The position numbers and the translations under genes were made by a program. Below the pieces are notes generated by a model, which was not told the DNA's origin, made no database searches, and worked only from the letters and a program-made list of their open reading frames with translations. Shown one piece after another: positions 18,278 through 27,387 of a stretch of DNA of 64,000 nucleotides. How positions within the stretch are numbered: the stretch's first letter is position 1; each line of letters starts with the position of its first letter. The stretch lies in the IMG/VR virus record IMGVR_UViG_3300010429_002123; one strand, 5' to 3'. Origin of the DNA: a virus. Its lineage: Duplodnaviria > Caudoviricetes.

Positions 18278-18881
18278 ACCTTGCGGGAGGAAAAGAAAAA
18301 GAGATGAGTCTATATAATAAGTTTGAAGAGATTATTACCCTATTAGAAACAGAAATTGAGTCTTTACGGAAAGAAATACAGGAAAGAGACACTGTTATTC
18401 AGAGACTGAAAGCCCACAAGAACACGTGCCAGAAGTGTGAGTGTAAACTTCTTGAGGAGAAAATAGACTTCCTTTTAAAAGTCTGGGATAAGAGTAACCC
18501 GGAAACAGAAGCATGGAGAAGTTTCTGGAGGGAAAGACAACCCTGGCACCCCTATGAGTCATATGAGGAGTTTAAAAAAGCCTGGGAAGATGAAGAAACC
18601 GGGGAGACACAAGAACCTTCGGAGATTTCTGCGGAGTCCGCCCTAGAAAAAGCGGAGAAACGCTGGGTTCAAATTCGAGAAAACATCGAAAGAGTCTTCG
18701 AAAAAGAAAAGTAGCACTTATAAACTTTGGTAGAATGAAAAACAGACAGTTTCGTGGGCTGTCTGTTTATTGTTGAACTTTTAAACTAATAGTTAACTTT
18801 TTTGTAAGCCTATTCTACCAAAGTTTAGAGGAAAAGTCAAGCCTTTAAGACAGGGTGAGAAAAAGTGTAGTAAAAAATGGC

Positions 18882-18911
18882 TTGACATACACTCACCCTT
18901 TTTGCTATACT
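18882..18911 (+). promoter_or_regulatory. promoter of the DNA polymerase gene
   Basis: TTGACA-18-TATACT. Confidence 0.75.
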
Positions 18912-18998
18912 TTAAAAAGAGTTTACCTAACTTAATTTTTACTGGAGAGGGGTTGATTTTTTATTATAATACGTACAGAGCGAGAGCTCGAACAAGTT

Positions 18999-20663
18999 GT
19001 GCAGATATTACAGACAAGACAGGTCATAGCATTTGATACAGAATACGTAGACCGTGACTTTCCTAACGTTGATGTAGTAGGAATGTCTCTTGCATGGAAA
19101 GAGAACGGCCACGTAGACGGTTGTTACATACCTGTTGGGCACACAACGGGGGAGTCACAGTTACCTATAGAACTCGTTGCCGGGGCTATGAAACCCATAC
19201 TAGAAGACCCCGAAAAATTGATAGTCATGCACAACATGAAAGCTGACATAAAAGCGTCCTGGCTTATGGGTATTTACATAGCGGACGCTCCTTACTGGAA
19301 CGCCCTTCTGAACGAGGGGATTACTATTCCTTACAAAAAAGCCATAAGAGAAACCCACTTATGGGACACCATGCTTGCCTCCTGGATACTCGAACCGGAA
19401 AGAGAAATTTCTCATAAGTTAAAAAAGCTTGTAAAAGAACTTCTCGGGTATGAGATGCAGGAGCTGACAGACTTTGCTCCCAGAGAAAAAGCCTTGTTTA
19501 CAAAAACAGGAAAACCAGTTAAGTTAAAAGCTAACGAAGTTGCCCCTGATGAAACGAAGGTTCAGATATTAAAAAAGAGCAAAAAAGCTCTTCTGAGAGT
19601 AGATAAAGTCCCCATAGCCTCCCTCGGCAGGTACGCCTGGGACGACGCCGTGTGGACTTATAAACTGTATGAATACTTCAAAAACATCATAGAAACCTCA
19701 AATGCGGGGAAGGATAACAAGATTTTCTATGAAGTTCAACTCCCCTTTGCTGTAGTGCTTACGGAAATGGAAATCATAGGCTCTCCCATAGACGTCGCTT
19801 TACTGAAAGACATGGAAACAAGAGCAAAAGCAGAACTGGTAACGATAGAGAATAGGATTTACGAGTTGGCAGGAAAAACCTTTAACATAAAGAGCACAAA
19901 ACAGTTAAATGAGGTGCTTTTTGACACTCTCGGCTTAAAGCCTGAGGGTGACATGAACAAAAAAGGGGAATACTGCACAGACAAAGACGTAATGAGAAAA
20001 TATAAGAGAGAGTATGATGCCTTTAAGGCAGGTCTGCAGAAAAAGGGGGCTGAATGTGAAATAGCCTACTGGATGCTAAAACAGAGAGAGCTTACTAAAC
20101 TCATCGGGACATATCTGGAAGGTCTCGTCCTGTTTGCCAAAAACGGCAGAATTCATACCAGTTTCAACCAGCTTTCAAAAGATGAGAGAACCGGAACAAA
20201 AACCGGGAGGTTGAGTTGCGTGGCTAAAGATACGTTACTCTATGTAAAGACCGGAAGAGGCCGGGGAAAACTTCAGGAAGTTGAAATATCCAAACTTGAC
20301 TTGACCATACCCACGAGAATTATGACATGTGAGGGAAGATATAAACCCATAAACAAACTGATTTTCAAGGGTGAGGACGACCTCTACGAAATAACCACAA
20401 CTGCCGGGTGGAGACTGGTATGCACAAAAGAGCATCAAATCCTAACCCCTCACGGATGGTGGGTATCTGTTGGAGGCTTATTCGTAGGGCAAGAGGTCTA
20501 CGGAAACAAGCATAGGTGCACTCCTACAAACTGCACAGGTTACAAAAGAAGCTTCATAACCGCTATACGTCCCTTTGGAAGAGGGGAAGTATGGGACATA
20601 GAGGTAGCAGAAGACCAGTCTTACTACGCCGGAGGCTTTTTAAACCATAACAGTTCGAATCCT
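18999..20663 (+). CDS. polA: family A DNA polymerase, exon 1 (3'-5' exonuclease, thumb, intein 1)
   Basis: AFDTEY, MHNMKAD, DTMLASW, YAWDDA, FNIKSTKQL, TKTGRLS|intein|SSNP. Confidence 0.92.
20217..20651 (+). mobile_element. mini-intein 1 in DNA polymerase (145 aa)
   Basis: CVAKDT...CTKEHQI...FLNHN followed by Ser. Confidence 0.9.
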
Positions 20664-21382
20664 CAAATGGGGCTACTTTCCGGTGACGGAAAGTTAGAAT
20701 CTCTGTTAACTCGGTGGAATCTAAGTTTCTCTCCAGAGGAATATGACAATACCGAGCCGAGCTTCGCAGGAATGCGAAGAAGGTGTAACGACTACCTTGA
20801 TGTAATCTAGAACAGATAGAAAAGGCACGAACACAGAGTATCTTAGGTTGATTACCAAGATTGACAAAATATTTCTCCCGTCTATAATAAGAGCGAGGTG
20901 AAGAAAAATGAGAAATGATTGGACTAAGTCTGAAATAGCGTGGTTCAGAGAAAACTACCCAAAACACGGGTTGCATTACTGTTCTGATATTTTAAAAAGA
21001 ACCACAAGTGCCATTCTAATGAAGGCACATTTATTAGGTTTAAAAAGACGAGGAAAAGGAAGAAAAGACAGGGTGTATACATACGACGGTTACATTACTG
21101 TTTCCTCTGAGGGTGATAGATACCAAGTGCACAGAAGAGTAATGGAAAACCATATAGGAAGGAAACTGTCAACAAAAGAGTTAGTTCATCACAAAGACGG
21201 AAACAGAAAAAACAATTCCATTGAAAACCTAGAAATTTTGTCAAGAAGTGAACACATGAAAATTCACTACCCGCAGAGAATGAGAAATTCAAAAGGTCAG
21301 TTCGCCTAAGATAAAGATATAGTCTGAACTTGCGGGAAACCGCAAGAATTTCAGGATAAAGAGCCTGAAAGGTAACAAAATG
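20664..21382 (+). mobile_element. group I intron 1 in polA
   Basis: Exon ends in U (CCT), intron ends in G; removal restores SSNP|NLQNI; R-like GTAACGACTA and S-like AAGATATAGTC elements. Confidence 0.9.
20908..21309 (+). CDS. intron-encoded HNH homing endonuclease
   Basis: VHRRVME...VHHKDGNRKNNSIENL...EH..IH; internal promoter TTGACA..TATAAT at 20861-20888. Confidence 0.9.
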   Translation: MRNDWTKSEIAWFRENYPKHGLHYCSDILKRTTSAILMKAHLLGLKRRGKGRKDRVYTYDGYITVSSEGDRYQVHRRVMENHIGRKLSTKELVHHKDGNRKNNSIENLEILSRSEHMKIHYPQRMRNSKGQFA

Positions 21383-21664
21383 AATTTGCAGAACATCTCA
21401 CATAAGTCAGACTATAAGGTAAGGAAAGCCTTTAGTTCTTCCGGGGAAGAGGGCTGGAAATGGCTGAGACTGGATTACTCACAACTGGAGTTAAGAGTGG
21501 GAACTCACTTCAGCAAAGACCCGGAGATGATGAAAGTCTACATGAACGATGGAGACATTCACAGCACCACGGCAAAAGGAAGTTTTAATCTAGACTGTGA
21601 GGCCAGCGAAGTCAAGGCAAAATATCCCGGTTTTCGGGACAAAGCAAAAGTCGTCAACTTCGGT
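21383..21664 (+). CDS. polA: family A DNA polymerase, exon 2 (motifs A and B)
   Basis: NLQNI, DYSQLELR (motif A), RDKAKVVNFG (motif B). Confidence 0.92.
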
Positions 21665-22443
21665 ATGGTAAAAAATGCCGAAGCGGGGGAAGATGTAATC
21701 CCCATTAAACCTGCTCAAAACGGGGGAATCCGAAACATAGGCCAAAATCAGCTAAGTTGTGGGCTATCCCGTGCTACTCTTAAGGACAAGCGTAGTGTAT
21801 CGACTTTGCTTACTCGGTGTAGGGTAAGCATAAATAAACCGTCTGTTCTCTACTAATTAGAGAATAAATCAATCGAGTTTATTTACACGGCAGGCAAAAT
21901 GTGCTAAAGTTAATATAAAGGAGTGGTATGGATGACTGACGGACAGAAACTTTGTAAAAAATGTAAACTACCTTTTATACTAACAGGAAATAATCAACAA
22001 TATTGTCTTTTTTGCAAAGAGGACAGAGCAAGGGAGAGAGGGAGACTTCGTTACAAAAATACCCGCGTAACCCCCGTAAAAAAGGAAAGATTGGTTGGGA
22101 AAAATCACCCGGGGTTTAAAACGGGCGTAGGTCGTAGTTACTATTGTAAACTCGCCTTCTCAACATATGGGAAAATTTGCTGTCTCTGTGGGGGGTTACA
22201 GAACTTATGTGTTCACCACAAAGACGAAAACAGGTTTAATAATGAGGTTGAGAACTTAGAGGTTATCTGCAGAAGATGTCATGCTAAAAAGCACAATCTT
22301 CATAAGTCTTTACCAAAAGGGAATCGGTTGTCAGAGTGCAAAAAAGAGCAAGTAAAAACTTTTAAGAGGGACGAAAACGGAAAATTTATTAAAAAGCACA
22401 TTTAAAGGTATAGTCACACTGTATAGAAATTTACAGAAAAAGG
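21665..22443 (+). mobile_element. group I intron 2 in polA
   Basis: P1 CTTCGGT/GCCGAAG with U.G at the splice site; terminal G; removal restores NFG|IFYGMG; GTATCGACT and GGTATAGTC elements. Confidence 0.9.
21923..22405 (+). CDS. intron-encoded HNH endonuclease with zinc fingers
   Basis: CCLCGG..LCVHHKDENRFNNEVENLEVICRRCH..KH. Confidence 0.88.
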   Translation: MVWMTDGQKLCKKCKLPFILTGNNQQYCLFCKEDRARERGRLRYKNTRVTPVKKERLVGKNHPGFKTGVGRSYYCKLAFSTYGKICCLCGGLQNLCVHHKDENRFNNEVENLEVICRRCHAKKHNLHKSLPKGNRLSECKKEQVKTFKRDENGKFIKKHI

Positions 22444-24930
22444 ATTTTTTACGGAATGGGACCAAGTTCTCTTGCAGAAACCATAAACAAAGAACTTGAC
22501 GACCCAAGAGACTTTTTAACGGAGGAAGAAGCTAAAAAAGCTATTTCAAACTTTATGGCTACTTACAAAGGCGTTTCACGTTATATTGAAAAATATAAAG
22601 ACATAGCCAGAGAAGTCGGGGTTGTAAAAACCCTGACAGGAAGAGCTCGCCCCTTACCCGCAGCGATGGTTAAGGCTCCCTGGAAAATAGCCGACCCGAA
22701 GGAGAGAAAAAAAGCTATTGAGGAAAAAGGACACGCCGAAAGGGCTGCGGTAAACTGCTTCGACGAAGAAACAGAGGTGCTTTCCCAAAGAGGCTGGCTT
22801 TCTTACAAGAACTTAACTGCCTCAGATGTGTTAGCCACAATAACGGGGGAAGGTGTTTTAGAATGGGACACTCTAATAGCTGTCAGTATGTTCCCGGGCT
22901 ATGATGAACCATGCATAGAGTTCTCTCACCCGGAAATAAGTGCCCTTACAACCAAAAATCACAGGTGGCTTGTATATGACAGAGTAGAAGCCAAAAACTT
23001 TTTTGTAACTACTGAAAATCTTTGTGCCCGGCACGAGATATTAAAAACTGCTACAAACCCACAGAAAGAAGCAGGTATTTCAGACATGGAACTTCTGAAA
23101 CACCCCCTTTCTCTGGAGTTTCTACTAAATCTGTCCCAAAGACAGTGCAGACTTCTTTTAGAAACCCTGATAGGAACAGGGTCTACTTCAATAAGCCCTG
23201 ACCTCTACCAGATACTGTGCTTTTTATCTGGGAAGAGCTATGAACTCTCCTTTAGAAACCTGTCTTCATACGCTGGATACACTCCCGGAAAGGACAGAGT
23301 TTATCTCCTCCCTGAGCACAAAAAAGAGAAAACAGTCTCTTTTGTCTGGTGCCCTACTGTAAAAAACGGGACGGTTGTGGTCAGAAGAAAGGGCACGGTT
23401 TATATCACCGGTCAAAGCCCCATTCAGGGGTGTCTCCCATCTTCCGCTCGAATTCTAACCCTTGAGGGATACAAGACTATAGACAACTTGATAAAGAGTT
23501 ATCCCGGAGAGAGACTGCAGGTATGGACGGGTTTTAACTGGAAACCAGCAAAAGTTCTCCCTATGGGTAAGGCTCCACTCATGAAAGTGACTTTTAAAAA
23601 CGGCTATAGTGTAAAGTGTGACAACCGTCACAACTTTAAAGTCCTTTCCGACAAACTGGAGTGGAAAAATATCTTGTCTCTTAAAGAGGGGGATATGGTC
23701 GCCACTCCTTACGGAGAGCAACACTTCGGGCAATACAACGCGAGAAACCTGGACATCTACAGGGGTAGAAATATTTGTGAACGGAGGTTTGACTATAATC
23801 TTCTCTTTTACCTCTCAGGTTTTCTGCTTTCGAGGGGAGAAATCATAGATGAGGGTGAGAAAACTCACATAAAGATTAGATTTACAACTTCTCTTCTTTC
23901 TAGTCGGGTCATAACCCTTGAAGAAAAAGTAAGAAACGTGCTTGTTAAATCTCTCTTAGAGAATGGAATCCTCTTTACCTGTGAGAGCAGGCGAAGAGAC
24001 GTGGGGACATCCCCCCATTCAGTTGTTGACCTTATAATAACTGACCAGCAGTTGCTTAAAGTTTTCTTAAGAGAGTTTGACGTCAGGAGTGGAAAAGTCC
24101 CTGAGCACATTTATAAGAGTGTCCACCCCTTACGCAGGCTGTTCTTAAAAGGTCTCGTGGAGGGAGGAGGACAACTCGACGGGAATAAAGTAATTCTTAC
24201 TTTTTCTGAACGTAATCTGGCTGAAGAGATAGCCTTTCTCTTAACCTCCGGGGGTTTTGTCTTCGAGGTAAAGAACTCTCCTAAGCTATCTCTATACCAG
24301 ATAACAATACAGCACAAACACGCCTTCCTGGCCTGGATTGGAATTTTCTCCGGCTCTTTCTACAACAGGACGAAGAAAAAATGTCCCGATGTATACATAA
24401 AAGAGTTTTTTGAAAAATTCACCCGAAACGCCAGAGGAAGGGTTACTCCCGGAATAACCCGCCAGTCCTACAGATACAAAGAACTGTTAGAGAAAAGACC
24501 AGAAAAATGCCATTTACATTTCCTGTACAAAATGGCAAGAGATTTCGGAATTGTCTTTGACGAAAAGTATGACTACCTTATAGTAGATAAAATTGAGTAT
24601 CTCGGTGAGGAACAGGAGATGTACACCCTTTCTGTTGACGACGACTTACATCAATTCGTAGCAGACGGGGTAATAGCCAAGAATAGTGCCGCCGACATAG
24701 TCTCAATAGCTATGAGAAACATTCGCCTGAAGCTCATGGAGACCGGAGACTGGTGGAAAAATTGCCAGCTCTTAATCCAGGTGCACGATGAGCTCAATTT
24801 TTTGATAAAGGAAACAGAGATAGAAAGGTTAGTTCCTCTCATAAAAAGTGAGATGGAAAGTGCGGTTAAGCTAAGAATACCCCTGGTGGTGGATTACCTT
24901 GTTGGGGTGAACTGGTTTGAGTGCAAGTAG
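22444..24930 (+). CDS. polA: family A DNA polymerase, exon 3 (inteins 2 and 3, motif C)
   Basis: IFYGMG, TLTGRAR, ERAAVN|intein|SPIQG|intein|SAADI, QVHDEL. Confidence 0.92.
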   Translation: MFYGMGPSSLAETINKELDDPRDFLTEEEAKKAISNFMATYKGVSRYIEKYKDIAREVGVVKTLTGRARPLPAAMVKAPWKIADPKERKKAIEEKGHAERAAVNCFDEETEVLSQRGWLSYKNLTASDVLATITGEGVLEWDTLIAVSMFPGYDEPCIEFSHPEISALTTKNHRWLVYDRVEAKNFFVTTENLCARHEILKTATNPQKEAGISDMELLKHPLSLEFLLNLSQRQCRLLLETLIGTGSTSISPDLYQILCFLSGKSYELSFRNLSSYAGYTPGKDRVYLLPEHKKEKTVSFVWCPTVKNGTVVVRRKGTVYITGQSPIQGCLPSSARILTLEGYKTIDNLIKSYPGERLQVWTGFNWKPAKVLPMGKAPLMKVTFKNGYSVKCDNRHNFKVLSDKLEWKNILSLKEGDMVATPYGEQHFGQYNARNLDIYRGRNICERRFDYNLLFYLSGFLLSRGEIIDEGEKTHIKIRFTTSLLSSRVITLEEKVRNVLVKSLLENGILFTCESRRRDVGTSPHSVVDLIITDQQLLKVFLREFDVRSGKVPEHIYKSVHPLRRLFLKGLVEGGGQLDGNKVILTFSERNLAEEIAFLLTSGGFVFEVKNSPKLSLYQITIQHKHAFLAWIGIFSGSFYNRTKKKCPDVYIKEFFEKFTRNARGRVTPGITRQSYRYKELLEKRPEKCHLHFLYKMARDFGIVFDEKYDYLIVDKIEYLGEEQEMYTLSVDDDLHQFVADGVIAKNSAADIVSIAMRNIRLKLMETGDWWKNCQLLIQVHDELNFLIKETEIERLVPLIKSEMESAVKLRIPLVVDYLVGVNWFECK
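22756..23415 (+). mobile_element. intein 2 in DNA polymerase (220 aa, ends Gly-Gln)
   Basis: CFDEETEVL...TTKNHRW...VWCPTV..GT...YITGQ followed by Ser. Confidence 0.85.
23431..24684 (+). mobile_element. intein 3 in DNA polymerase (418 aa, LAGLIDADG-like)
   Basis: CLPSSARIL...CDNRHNF...LKGLVEGGG...GVIAKN followed by Ser. Confidence 0.88.
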
Positions 24931-24938
24931 GGAAAACA

Positions 24939-24966
24939 ATTATCCCGTCGAAACCGGCGGGATAAT
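24939..24966 (+). terminator. hairpin after polA
   Basis: ATTATCCCGTCG-AAAC-CGGCGGGATAAT. Confidence 0.6.
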
Positions 24967-24993
24967 CTTCCCGTAAAAAGAAAGGAAAAAAGT

Positions 24994-25503
24994 ATGTTAA
25001 TGAAAGCTAAAATATTAGGTGTGGACACACCCCCTGGAACAGTAACTTACGGGGTGAGGTGTACAGAGTGTGAAAAAGGACATGAGATTTCAGTCCCGAA
25101 AGAAGAGGGTTTTCCAGCAAAACTTGGAGATACTTTTGATAAAAGCGAGATACTGCAACACCCAAAAGGAAAAATAATCTGGCCTGTCAGGGAGCTGTGT
25201 CGCTCTTGCTTTAAGGCGAAAACAAGATGGTGTTATGACTGTGAGAAAAAGATGGAATTTGAGAAAAGTTACCCTGTGATGATAGAAAAAGAGTTAGTAA
25301 TTTTATGCGAAACGTGCAAAAAAGCGAGGGAAGACTGGAAAGAAAAAGGGGAAACCTGCCACCATTGTAAGGAACCCTTAAAGTATATGGACTATTGGAA
25401 AGTAGTAGAGGACATAACTAATACTGGTAAACCTTTTGAGCCTTATTTCCTCTGCAATGAGTGTAGAGACAGACAAGAAGAGGAGATTTTATCAAAATGC
25501 TGA
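24994..25503 (+). CDS. multi-CxxC zinc-binding protein
   Basis: Six CxxC motifs. Confidence 0.55.
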   Translation: MLMKAKILGVDTPPGTVTYGVRCTECEKGHEISVPKEEGFPAKLGDTFDKSEILQHPKGKIIWPVRELCRSCFKAKTRWCYDCEKKMEFEKSYPVMIEKELVILCETCKKAREDWKEKGETCHHCKEPLKYMDYWKVVEDITNTGKPFEPYFLCNECRDRQEEEILSKC

Positions 25504-25785
25504 TGAAAGAGGTAGTCAAACTCCAGTCCGTTTCTTTTGTAGCAAAAGGAAGAGTAATTTGTGTGGGTGACGCTCCCGGAGCTTATAAAATTCAAATACT
25601 ACCTCCCCCACTGAATATACTCAGAGCACTGGGCAACATGTTTTTCAGTGCGGGGGGAATAAACATGTGGCCTTACATGCCAATACCCTTTCTCTTTTGT
25701 GAACTTCTGGGTTTTCCTAGAGAGCATCTGAAGTTACTGCACGCCGGTCTCGCCAGAGAAAAAGCCTGTGTCCTTACGGGAGACA

Positions 25786-25862
25786 CTGAAAAGGATTTTC
25801 GTTATCACGAAAAGGAGTCTCGTTGCCACGAAAAGGATTTTCGTGATAACGAAAAGGAGGAG
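25786..25862 (+). promoter_or_regulatory. tandem 21-nt GGA-loop hairpin repeat ending in the SD
   Basis: CACGAAAA-GGA-TTTTCGTG-type units; last unit is AAAAGGAGG before the ATG at 25867. Confidence 0.75.
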
Positions 25863-25866
25863 AACT

Positions 25867-26388
25867 ATGTTTTCAGAACTTGAAGGGGCACTTTCAGAAC
25901 TTGAATTTTACTCGGAAGAAGGCAAAATAAAAGGCTCAGCTTTAAAGGCGGGGAGAATCAATGCCAATAATAGAATCTACCCGGAAGAAGTAGTAAGGGA
26001 GGCTGTTAACAAGGCCAGAGAAAAGGGGGGTATCCCTGTGGTCTTTGCTGATTCTTCAATTGAAATTCCCACACCCATATCTTCTTTCTGTGGGGTAGTC
26101 ACAGACCTATCCATAGACGAGGGGTCTAACCTTATATTCGAGGCGAGCATTTTAGACTCTCCAAAAGGTCACCTACTGGCTGAGTCTTTACGAAGTGGTA
26201 TGTCTTTCACTGCATCTGTAAGCGGTTATGGTAGGGTTGAAGACCTCGATGGCCTAGTTCTTGTATCCGAGGGGTATGAACTAGAAGCCGTGCACCTTAC
26301 TCCCACGCGAGGGACACAGGTGCGAAAGCTGACAGAATTAGAAAAGAAACTGCTGGAAGAAAAAGCCTGTTTGTTCTACAGCGAGTAA
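25867..26388 (+). CDS. prohead protease-like protein
   Basis: INANNRIYPEEV, ILDSPKGHLL, SVSGYG resemble T4 gp21-like maturation proteases. Confidence 0.6.
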   Translation: MFSELEGALSELEFYSEEGKIKGSALKAGRINANNRIYPEEVVREAVNKAREKGGIPVVFADSSIEIPTPISSFCGVVTDLSIDEGSNLIFEASILDSPKGHLLAESLRSGMSFTASVSGYGRVEDLDGLVLVSEGYELEAVHLTPTRGTQVRKLTELEKKLLEEKACLFYSE

Positions 26389-26393
26389 AAGGC

Positions 26394-26423
26394 TTGACAA
26401 TTTATACAACTTTATGATAGAAT
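26394..26423 (+). promoter_or_regulatory. sigma70/sigmaA-type promoter
   Basis: TTGACA-18-TAGAAT. Confidence 0.6.
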
Positions 26424-27387
26424 TTTAGAAAAAGAGAGGAGTTTAGCAATGACTTTATCTTTATGGGTGCTGTCCGTCTCTGGTCTGATTCTTTTCACTC
26501 TCGGTGTAACCGTGGGAAGTGTGGCCATGCTGGCTTATATTTTTGTACAGGTTGGCTTAAGGGATAAAAAACCCGCACCGAGAGTTACCCCCAGACCCAA
26601 AGTAGACAAAGACCTGGAGGAACTGTTATGACACTTAAAAGACATTTTCAGAAGTTTATTTATGAGCATTTAAAACAGCGAACAAAAACAGACGAGGAAA
26701 GAACCCAACTAAGGGTCGCTCTTCGTGTGTTAGACACGGCTTCTACAATAGCCTTAGGTGCTCAACTAAATAGATTTCTAACCGGAGATGAGAACCAGCA
26801 CAAAAAAGCAAAAGAAACGGGGATATAATCATATGGATAAACCATATTGGTGTCATGTCTGTGAAGAGACATTTTTACCGGAACATTCCACGGCACAAAA
26901 CAATGAAGAATTCTGCTCAGGGGCGTGTGAACTGGTAATATTTCAAATGAATGTAGTTAAACAGTGTGAGCATTGTTGGCAAGACTACTGCACTTGTTGT
27001 TCTAAGGCCGAAAAAGCATTTGTATACTGCAGTAAAGAATGTGAGGACAAAGATAACCCAAGAAGCGAGCGGGGATTACAAATACAGACTGACTCTGTTA
27101 TCAGAAGAAACGGAGAAAAAAGATGATTGCTCTGTGTGACTGGTTCAGCAACTCCACCTCTTGTGCGAGTCTAACAGGACTTAATACCACCTTTACTACG
27201 AATACTGTCCATAATCTAGGTGATAACACTGTACCAAGTTGTTTTTCTGCCCGTGCTCTGCAGGTAATGTATCCTTCATGTCACTTAGACTCCGGCGATT
27301 ACGGGCGAAATATGCGAAAAAATGAAAAACGAAAAGTTACCTTCGTAAAGAAGCTAAAAATAAAAGAAACTAAGGAGAGAACTAACT

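Noticed and set aside
20664-20810. Polymerase as a frameshifted pseudogene or separate genes
   Set aside because: The breaks coincide with group I intron boundaries and conserved motifs rejoin in frame; ORF tails 20664-20810 and 21665-21856 are intron read-through
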